Shown here: piece after piece, positions 18,274 to 24,360 of the stretch | Numbering within the stretch: position 1 is the first letter of the stretch | How the letters are laid out: the number at the start of each line of letters is the position of its first letter | NCBI GenBank assembly: GCA_963730015.1 | Contig: CAVSPZ010000002.1 | Coordinates: 138,142 to 202,141 of the forward strand | Length of the DNA stretch: 64,000 nucleotides | DNA from: an uncultured Acidobacteriota bacterium | GTDB lineage: Bacteria; Acidobacteriota; Terriglobia; Terriglobales; Acidobacteriaceae | Direction of reading: 5' to 3' | Translations under genes and position numbers: made by a program | The notes under the pieces: generated by a model | The model's database searches: none | What the model was told of the DNA's origin: nothing | The model's input: the letters and a program-made list of their open reading frames with translations, nothing else

Positions 18274-18480
18274 ATGATGACTGACCCAGCCTCCGCCATC
18301 AAACGTCAAGTTCACCAATTGGTTGATCTGCAAATCGAAACGCTGCGACAACCGTCGTGTTTGACTACTTCGGATCTGCTTGACTATCGCGTGCGTTCCG
18401 AGAAAATCGCCGGGTTGTACAAAGAGTTGGACCAGACACGAAGAACCAGCTTCAAGGGCCAATTGCGCAGAGCGTCTTAG
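18274..18480 (+). CDS. small conserved hypothetical protein (paralog of 6371..6577)
   Basis: MMTDPASAIKRQVHQLVDLQIETLRQPS... is colinear with the 6371 ORF. GAGGAA precedes the ATG. Confidence 0.5.
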   Translation: MMTDPASAIKRQVHQLVDLQIETLRQPSCLTTSDLLDYRVRSEKIAGLYKELDQTRRTSFKGQLRRAS

Positions 18481-18485
18481 CTGAA

Positions 18486-18980
18486 ATGTCAAATCCAGTG
18501 TATGTGTCCAACGTTCGGATTGAACGGCGCTCGGGGCCGCTTCGAATAGCGCGCCTGCCCGGGGAATCGCAGCCGGTATTCTTCAGCGTCCATGGAGCCA
18601 TTGCCGAGCATTATGGATTAGATCCAGCAAAACTACCCGAATCGCATGCGGCGACGCTTGATTATGTTGTGGCCGCCCTTGGTGGTTGAATGATCGGAAC
18701 CTTCGGGGGCGCGCTGGATGCGCGCAAAATAGATGCGAGCAATGGCCGGTTGCGTGCCGAAGTGAGAGGGGAAATCGAATCCGATCAGGGGGTTCTAGTA
18801 ATTCGCCGAGTTCACGTTCACTACTTACTTGATGGAGCCGAGCAGGCCAGGGAGACCGTGGAACGCGTCCATCGCGTATACGCGGACAAGTGTCCCGTTT
18901 ACAAGACACTGCGGCCTGCTTTCGAAATTACCTCAGATTTTGAACTTACAAGGACAAGCGCGACGGAAGGTACGCGATGA
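18486..18980 (+). CDS. OsmC/Ohr family peroxiredoxin with in-frame TGA at 18687-18689 (candidate selenocysteine)
   Basis: ORFs 18486..18689 and 18690..18980 are in the same frame, separated only by TGA. The joined sequence reads ..DYVVAALGG-[TGA]-MIGTFGGAL.., where OsmC proteins have the peroxidatic Cys. The second Cys motif, KCPVYKTL, is present. Confidence 0.7.
18709..18725 (+). promoter_or_regulatory. candidate SECIS-like hairpin
   Basis: GCGCGC-TGGAT-GCGCGC (6-bp stem, 5-nt loop) begins 22 nt after the U of the in-frame UGA. Confidence 0.3.
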
Positions 18981-19663
18981 CTCTTCAACAAAAGCTGGAT
19001 GACTTTAAAGCAAACTTCGAATCCGGCGGCCCTCCTTACAACGCTCCCAAGGCGGTGATCGAAATCTTTCATCGGGCTACGGAAGAGCTGCGCCAGTCCG
19101 GATTGGCCGAACGCGCTCTGAAGACCGGCGATCGGGCGCCGGCATTCGCCCTGAATAACCAGGACGGAAACTCGATCTCGTCTGCCGAACTCCTTGCAAA
19201 AGGCCCGCTGGTAATCACTTTCTTCCGTGGCCACTGGTGACCCTACTGCAACATGGAGCTGGAGGCTCTACAAGCAGCTTTGCCCGAAATACAGCGCCTG
19301 GGAGCCAGCCTAGTGGCAATTTCCCCGCAATTGGAGAGGTACGGACGTTCGATCCACCGTCGCCTCAGTCTGGGTTTCGATGTACTGACGGACCGTGGGT
19401 TGCAAGTCGCAGCACAATTTGGCCTCGTATTCACGCTTCCCGATTACCTGAAAACGGTTTATGTACAGTTCGGAAACAAGTTGGACGAGTTCCACGGCGA
19501 GAACGCTTTCCGCTTGCCGATGCCCGCACGATACGTCGTTGACCAACAAAGCCTGATTCGTAGCGCCAACGTGAGCCCGGATTACACTATACGTCCGGAC
19601 CCAAGTGAAACCATCAGCACGCTGGAGGAACTCAGGAAGGCGCGCTGCATGGAGCTCGATTAG
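18977..19663 (+). CDS. AhpC/TSA-type redoxin with in-frame TGA at 19238-19240 (candidate selenocysteine, UxxC)
   Basis: ORFs 18977..19240 and 19253..19663 share a frame. The joined sequence reads ..VITFFRGHW-[TGA]-PYCNMELEAL.., the W-C-P-Y-C redox motif with TGA replacing the first Cys. The start overlaps the OsmC-like stop (ATGA). Confidence 0.7.
19254..19270 (+). promoter_or_regulatory. candidate SECIS-like hairpin
   Basis: TGGAGC-TGGAG-GCTCTA (6-bp stem including one G-U, 5-nt loop) begins 16 nt after the U of the in-frame UGA. The loop starts UGGA, like the hairpin at 18709. Confidence 0.3.
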
Positions 19664-19865
19664 ATCTTCGGAAACGACCGGAAGTGCTGCAGGACTGGCG
19701 CCAAGATTTGCTATCGATTTCATGCTTCTACCTGTGTGAAACGATGTAAACACCGGTCGGTGATGTTGTACATGCACCCACTGCTGTCCAAATTAGCCGG
19801 GATTGAGGAGCAGGAGTAAGGGAATTGGGGCATTTTCTGCTTCTCAGTGGTCGCTCCCAGGTTGA

Positions 19866-21112
19866 GGTTGCCATTCTGCTGTCCAAGTTGGGTTACCAGG
19901 AAAGCGGGATTTGCTCGGCGATGTGAGCGAGTTGGGGCGGGGGTTGAAAGGGTTGATCGATCCAGGAGAACAGATCGCGATAGACGAACAGTTGCTGGCG
20001 CAGCAGAGCGGCGAGATTGGACAGGCTCCAACCGAAGCGGGCACGCAGTTGCAGGTACTTGAGCAGGAGCATGGCAATCAGCGCGGTCCAGACCTGAATC
20101 TGCAGCGCATTGGCGCTGATGCCAACGAAAGTTTTGATGCGGAGGTTTTGTTTGAGCGCCTTGAAAAACAATTCGATCTGCCAGCGCTGACGGTAGATAG
20201 CGGCGACAGTGGAGGCGGCAAAGCGGCGATGATTGGTGAGAAACACCAGGGTGCGTTGCTGCGCGTCGTCCCAGACCTCGATGCGGCGCAGGAACAGATC
20301 GCGCTCGCCGCTGCGGGCCAACTTGTACAGAAAGATGATCTCATCGTGCTGGACGGGGCCGCGCTCAGGCACGGGGCGGCGTTCCACAACACCGTAATCG
20401 GCGTTGTCTTTCATGCGGGTGACGAAGTAGACATCGTCGGCGTCGAGCGCAGAGAACCAGGCATAGTCGGTATAGCCACGGTCGAAGACCACGATGGCGC
20501 CGGGATCGAAGCGCAGCGTGCGGGCCACGCGGCTCTCATGCACGCGGCCTTCGGTGACGAGGGCAAAACTGGGCAGCAGCCCTTGATGATCGAGCAGCAG
20601 ATGCAGCTTCACAGCGCCCTTGGTGCGCCGGTACTGCGCCCAGTCGAAGACGCTGGCGCAGAGTTCGATCAGGGTGGCGTCCAGGCTCAGCAGTTTGTTC
20701 TTGAAGCGGAAACCATGCGGACCGGAAGCTTCGCGGCAGCGACCCAGCAGTTGATAGAACACGGCGCGGTACAACTGCCATGGCCGGTGCTCGTTGGCAT
20801 AGGCCAAGGTGGAGCGCTTGGGCGCATCGGGCAATCCCAAGTGCCGCAACTTGCCTTCGCTGGCGGCCAGTCCGCCGCAAATCTCGCGCAAGGACTGCGC
20901 CCGCCCCAGGTGACAGAACAACATGGCCACGAACTGTCCCCAGCAACTGAACCCGCGAGCGTGGCGCTCGGCCCGGTGCTCGGAAACGGCCTGTTCAAAC
21001 TCTGGCCGGGAAAACAACTGCAACATCTGGCTGAAAATGCTGGATACTCGTATCACGGCGGTGGTGGCCCTCCCTACGATTCACGTCTCGCAACGCAAAC
21101 CGTAGCAGAGTT
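19866..21112 (-). mobile_element. IS4 family insertion sequence (ends approximate)
   Basis: Single DDE transposase ORF. Weak terminal inverted similarity (GGTTGCCATTCTGCTGTCC near 19866 versus CCGTAGCAGAGTTCTACC near 21095). Confidence 0.7.
19893..21056 (-). CDS. IS4 family DDE transposase
   Basis: SLDAT, VFDRGY and YRQRWQIELFFKALK (Y-2-R-3-E-6-K signature). The N-terminal FSQMLQLFSRPEFEQAV domain is typical of the IS4Sa-like group. Confidence 0.9.
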   Translation of the reverse strand: MIRVSSIFSQMLQLFSRPEFEQAVSEHRAERHARGFSCWGQFVAMLFCHLGRAQSLREICGGLAASEGKLRHLGLPDAPKRSTLAYANEHRPWQLYRAVFYQLLGRCREASGPHGFRFKNKLLSLDATLIELCASVFDWAQYRRTKGAVKLHLLLDHQGLLPSFALVTEGRVHESRVARTLRFDPGAIVVFDRGYTDYAWFSALDADDVYFVTRMKDNADYGVVERRPVPERGPVQHDEIIFLYKLARSGERDLFLRRIEVWDDAQQRTLVFLTNHRRFAASTVAAIYRQRWQIELFFKALKQNLRIKTFVGISANALQIQVWTALIAMLLLKYLQLRARFGWSLSNLAALLRQQLFVYRDLFSWIDQPFQPPPQLAHIAEQIPLSW

Positions 21113-22306
21113 CTACCCCCGCCGCTCAAAACCTAATTTGGACAAGAGTGACATGCACCCAAACAGAAATGATCTCGGGATTCTGTCAGAGAGAAGCCTG
21201 GACGTCGATATTTCTTCAAGTCGCTGCAGACATCTCGAATGAAACTGCGTCCCATTATCGCTCAACTCGCCTGCATCCAGCTTCGCACGCAAAGCGAGAA
21301 GGGCTGCCGATACCTCACTTTCGAGAAGAGGACGTTCCTCAATATCAAGATACTTCGGCCGCAGAATCTCCCGGAGATACTCAGAACGCTGCTCTAAGGC
21401 CGTCTTCACGACATCGTCTGGGAGCAGCGCCCGTTTCATCTTACTCTCCAGTCTTTTTCCCGCGGCTTGGGCGGGATGCAGCATTTGGTCAACCGTGTTT
21501 CGGAGCCAGGCGACTAGTTCCTCCCGGCGAATCTTCTTTTCATTTGGCGCTTTCCGGAACTTTGCTGTTGCTGCATCCCACGCCTTTCGTACAAGCTTCG
21601 CGTATAACTCTTCTAGCTGATCAGACGCAACCAGATACCCAAGACTGTTGATAGCCCGATGGAGACGCTGAAGATTGCGATGCTTCTCGGAATCCAAGTC
21701 ATGAGCTATCTGCCAGAATGTCTCTTGTACCCAGAAGGCGACATCGTGGTTGTTGGGAGAACGAACGCTTGCCAGTTTCTCACACAGCTTAGTCGCAAGC
21801 TGTCGAAGTTCATCCGCAGCTTTGATTCGTGCCTCGCAGTTTCGGACAAGGCTCAATGGCTCAAGATCTTTGTTTATTGGCCGTGCAGTTACGATTCGAA
21901 AACAACACGCTTCCTGGCAGCGGTCATTCGCGAGCGACTTCTCCACAATGCACTTGCCAACACCTTTACTGTCACGGGTGGGTTCGGCTTCCGTGAGTTT
22001 TGCAATTGACCACAACTGTTCAAGCTCACTTCCCTTGACTTGAATAAACTCGACTTGCAGTCCACAACCTGATTGCATTTCCAAAAGCAACATCACGTCA
22101 TCGTGAGTTTCGCACCAGATTTCCTTAATTGTGGAATCGACCAAAGCGTCGATGCACAGACCTGCCACGATGTGATCTTGGAAACCCAGACCCCGGCGTG
22201 CAACTTCTCCACCTTGTTCCAACGGTTCCAGATCAAATATTGATTGCGGACGCGGCAATGTTTCTGGTGCTTGATCAGACATAGCTAAGTTGTCCGTTTC
22301 CAACAC
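21113..22306 (-). CDS. DUF4297/Cap4-like dsDNA nuclease domain protein
   Basis: The N-terminal GGEVARRGLGFQDHIVA...IWCETHDDVML...VEFIQVKG fits the DUF4297 PD-(D/E)xK pattern. Long helical C-terminal part. The stop abuts the IS4 end. Visibly AT-richer than its surroundings. Confidence 0.6.
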   Translation of the reverse strand: MLETDNLAMSDQAPETLPRPQSIFDLEPLEQGGEVARRGLGFQDHIVAGLCIDALVDSTIKEIWCETHDDVMLLLEMQSGCGLQVEFIQVKGSELEQLWSIAKLTEAEPTRDSKGVGKCIVEKSLANDRCQEACCFRIVTARPINKDLEPLSLVRNCEARIKAADELRQLATKLCEKLASVRSPNNHDVAFWVQETFWQIAHDLDSEKHRNLQRLHRAINSLGYLVASDQLEELYAKLVRKAWDAATAKFRKAPNEKKIRREELVAWLRNTVDQMLHPAQAAGKRLESKMKRALLPDDVVKTALEQRSEYLREILRPKYLDIEERPLLESEVSAALLALRAKLDAGELSDNGTQFHSRCLQRLEEISTSRLLSDRIPRSFLFGCMSLLSKLGFERRG

Positions 22307-22576
22307 CTTCTAGGTTTCGGCGACACTGTACCATACTTCCTCGTTGGCTATTGACGAATTCGCGGAATAATGCCACAGTGGTAGCTGAGTACTAGCAATG
22401 ATGCGCAAACCCCATACCGATTGCTTCCCGACACCGGCCACGTTTACGTGGCAAGGAGCGGGGGAAGGTACGTTCATGTAACGGGGGCGATCCATAGCGC
22501 GTAGTTTTTCTGAGCCTCCGATACAAATCGGGGGCTTTTGGTTTTTATGGCGCATTTTAGGGTTGCGCAGATAGGA

Positions 22577-22651
22577 GGCGGCGTCGTCTAACGGCCAGGA
22601 TGCGGCCCTTTCAAGGCTGAGATGGGAGTTCGATTCTCCTCGCTGCTACCA
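22577..22651 (+). tRNA. tRNA-Glu(UUC)
   Basis: Manual cloverleaf. Acceptor GGCGGCG/CGCTGCT, D-arm GTCT..GGAT as in Glu tRNAs, anticodon stem CGGCC/GGCTG, loop CTTTCAA, T-loop TTCGATT, CCA encoded. Confidence 0.8.
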
Positions 22652-22848
22652 AACCTATGAGTACACAAACGATTGAACTCGAAGGCTTTGAGATCGAGCT
22701 TGCATCGGACCTTTACTGCGGTCACGGCGGGGATCATCGGGAATTGGTTGATCGTGCGCGTACGGATCGGAGGAGACTTGGCCACAACGTCGATGAATCG
22801 GCCGTTTTGTGTGTACGGTGCATGAAAGCAATACCGCTGAAAGCGTGA

Positions 22849-22922
22849 TGCCGGGTCGTCTAGTGGCAGGACCCTGGACTTTGAATCCGGGTACGGGCGT
22901 TCGAATCGCTCCCCGGCAGCCA
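22849..22922 (+). tRNA. tRNA-Gln(UUG)
   Basis: U1-A72 and G73 (Gln identity). Anticodon stem CTGGA/TCCGG, loop CTTTGAA, T-loop TTCGAAT, CCA encoded. Confidence 0.85.
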
Positions 22923-22941
22923 GTTCTTTGACAATCGAAAT

Positions 22942-23012
22942 TCCCTCCTCGTCCAATGGCAGGACGCTGCGCTCTGAACGCGGAAATCGTGGTTCAAGTC
23001 CACGGGAGGGAG
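22942..23012 (+). tRNA. tRNA-Gln(CUG)
   Basis: Acceptor TCCCTCC/GGAGGGA, G73, loop CTCTGAA, T-loop TTCAAGT. Followed by only CC before the next tRNA. Confidence 0.8.
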
Positions 23013-23014
23013 CC

Positions 23015-23088
23015 GGAGCTATGGTCTATCGGCAGGATGGCTGACTGTCTATCAGCAGGGACGGGTTCAATTCCCGTTAGCTCCGCCA
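23015..23088 (+). tRNA. tRNA-Asp(GUC), U at position 37
   Basis: Acceptor GGAGCTA/TAGCTCC, G73, CCA. Anticodon stem GCTGA/TCAGC. Loop CTGTCTA has a pyrimidine at position 37. Confidence 0.8.
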
Positions 23089-23097
23089 AAAGTTTGC

Positions 23098-23172
23098 GGG
23101 AGATTCGTCCAGCGGCTAGGACACTGGCCTCCAGATCCAGTTACGAGGGTTCGAGTCCTTCATCTCCCGCCA
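23098..23172 (+). tRNA. tRNA-Trp(CCA), irregular anticodon arm
   Basis: Acceptor GGGAGAT/ATCTCCC, G73, CCA. Loop CTCCAGA with a C31-U39 mismatch; the alternative is a 5-bp stem ACTGG/CCAGT with a 9-nt loop. Confidence 0.6.
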
Positions 23173-23174
23173 GA

Positions 23175-23249
23175 GCGAGCATGGTATCGCGGCTGGTGCC
23201 TCGGGCCTCCAACCCGATGACGCGAGTTCAACTCTCGCTGCTCGCTCCA
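23175..23249 (+). tRNA. tRNA-Gly(UCC), C at position 33
   Basis: Acceptor GCGAGCA/TGCTCGC, U73, CCA. Perfect anticodon stem TCGGG/CCCGA. Loop CCTCCAA. Confidence 0.7.
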
Positions 23250-23250
23250 A

Positions 23251-23326
23251 GCGGAAGTCGTCTAGTGGCCAAGACGCGACGTTGCCAACGTCGAGAGCGC
23301 GGGTTCGAGTCCCGCCTTCCGCTCCA
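23251..23326 (+). tRNA. tRNA-Gly(GCC)
   Basis: Acceptor GCGGAAG/CTTCCGC, U73, CCA. Stem CGACG/CGTCG, loop TTGCCAA, T-loop TTCGAGT. Fully canonical. Confidence 0.85.
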
Positions 23327-23345
23327 AGTTAGTAAGCATGTTCGA

Positions 23346-23421
23346 GGCGGTGTAGCCAAGACAGCAAGGCATCTGCCTGCAAAGCAGACAAGCGGGAGTG
23401 CAATTCTCCCCACCGCCTCCA
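23346..23421 (+). tRNA. tRNA-Cys(GCA), atypical D- and T-loops
   Basis: Acceptor GGCGGTG/CACCGCC, U73, CCA. Stem TCTGC/GCAGA, loop CTGCAAA. The D-loop lacks GG and the T-loop is TGCAATT. Confidence 0.7.
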
Positions 23422-23442
23422 GGTTGGCGTAAAGAAGTTTGT

Positions 23443-23514
23443 GCTGGTGTAGCTCAGTGGGAAGAGCTCGGGCCTCGTAAGTCCGTGATCGGCGTTCGAA
23501 TCGCCGCGCCAGCT
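23443..23514 (+). tRNA. tRNA-Thr(CGU)
   Basis: Acceptor GCTGGTG/CGCCAGC. D-arm GCTC-AGTGGGAA-GAGC. Loop CTCGTAA, T-loop TTCGAAT. Followed by CC and then the next tRNA. Confidence 0.85.
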
Positions 23515-23516
23515 CC

Positions 23517-23591
23517 GCTGGTATAGCTCAACGGGAAGAGCAGGCGCACGGTAAGCGCCCGACCGCAGTTCGAGGCTGCGTGCCAGCTCCA
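23517..23591 (+). tRNA. tRNA-Thr(GGU), C at position 33
   Basis: Acceptor GCTGGTA/TGCCAGC, CCA. Perfect stem GGCGC/GCGCC. Loop ACGGTAA. Confidence 0.7.
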
Positions 23592-23598
23592 CAAGTTT

Positions 23599-23674
23599 GC
23601 TGCTGTGGCCGACATACAAAGGCACCTGCCTTGTAAGCAGGTCGATGCTGGTGGGAATCCAGCCAGCAGCTCCA
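23599..23674 (+). tRNA. tRNA-Thr(UGU), atypical D- and T-loops
   Basis: Acceptor GCTGCTG/CAGCAGC, CCA. Stem CCTGC/GCAGG, loop CTTGTAA. The D-loop GACATACAAA lacks GG and the T-loop is TGGGAAT. Confidence 0.65.
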
Positions 23675-23682
23675 AATTCGAT

Positions 23683-23758
23683 GGCGGGATTGGCCGAATG
23701 GCTTAGGCGCTGGATTGTGGCTCCAGTTACGAGAGTTCGATTCTCTCATCTCGCCCCA
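23683..23758 (+). tRNA. tRNA-His(GUG) with encoded G-1
   Basis: An extra 5' G opposite C73. Stem CTGGA/TCCAG, loop TTGTGGC, T-loop TTCGATT, CCA encoded. Confidence 0.85.
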
Positions 23759-23761
23759 ACT

Positions 23762-23835
23762 GGGCGGTTCGTATAAGGGGATTACCCACGGCCTGCAACC
23801 GTGAAATGCGAGTTCGAGTCTCGCACCGTCCACCA
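23762..23835 (+). tRNA. tRNA-Ala(UGC), C at position 33
   Basis: Acceptor GGGCGGT/ACCGTCC gives the G3-U70 Ala identity pair. A73, CCA. Perfect stem CACGG/CCGTG. Loop CCTGCAA. Confidence 0.75.
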
Positions 23836-23841
23836 AAGTTT

Positions 23842-23915
23842 GGCTCGGGAACTCGACGGCAGAGTGCTGGTCTGAAAAGCCAGTGGATACGGTTCAATTC
23901 CGTGCCGAGCCACCA
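23842..23915 (+). tRNA. tRNA-Phe(GAA)
   Basis: Acceptor GGCTCGG/CCGAGCC, A73, CCA. Loop CTGAAAA, T-loop TTCAATT. G instead of U at position 8. Confidence 0.75.
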
Positions 23916-23999
23916 GATCGGGGAGTGTCCTCACTTGGTTGAAGGCGCTGGGAATAGGCTGATCGATGGCGAGTTGGAAGGATGCAGAGGGGAACTGAA

Positions 24000-24290
24000 A
24001 TGCTAGACCCTGAAAGTGAACAAATCCGAGAAGTGTACGCACGGTTCGGTTTGGCAATTTATAGCGCCCAGTGCTTGGAACGGGAACTGGCAATGCTTCT
24101 CGCGGCCTCCGGAACTCCAGAGTACTTCACTGCATGGGACTACGATGACCGCCTAGCCGGCAATTTTGATTCTACGGTTGGTGCGCTCGTATCAATGTTC
24201 GCCGGAATCGCCGGTCCTTCGGACAAACCATTGCTAGCGGAACTTGAAAAGGCAGTTAAGCCTCAGCGATCACCCAAAACCGGCCAGTGA
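24000..24290 (+). pseudogene. hypothetical gene with its 3' end replaced by the IS21 terminus
   Basis: The ORF (MLDPESEQIREVYARFG...) runs into the IS21 left end at about 24260. The last ~10 codons are IS sequence. Confidence 0.35.
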
Positions 24291-24360
24291 TTATCACCTG
24301 AAAACCGGCCAACGAGAGTAGCGTCCGGGACATTGAATCCCGCGGAGGCTTGTAGGCTCC

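Noticed and set aside
18687-19240. Reading the two in-frame TGA codons as ordinary nonsense mutations, giving four short ORFs as in the ORF track.
   Set aside because: Both stops fall exactly on the catalytic Cys codon of two different redox families. Both frames continue uninterrupted, and both are followed by similar hairpins. I therefore prefer the selenocysteine reading, but it stays unproven without evidence for Sec machinery.
19911-21242. 443-aa plus-strand ORF, the second longest in this part of the window.
   Set aside because: It lies antisense to the clearly recognisable IS4 transposase gene. Its composition is Gly/Ala/Gln-rich and it has no motifs. This is the typical shadow ORF of GC-rich DNA.
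23916-23999. Possible fifteenth tRNA (GGGGAGTGTCCTCACTTGGTTGAAGG...), perhaps with a long variable arm.
   Set aside because: No 3' segment complementary to the putative acceptor strand. No T-arm. No foldable anticodon arm. More likely it is the leader and SD of the ORF starting at 24000.
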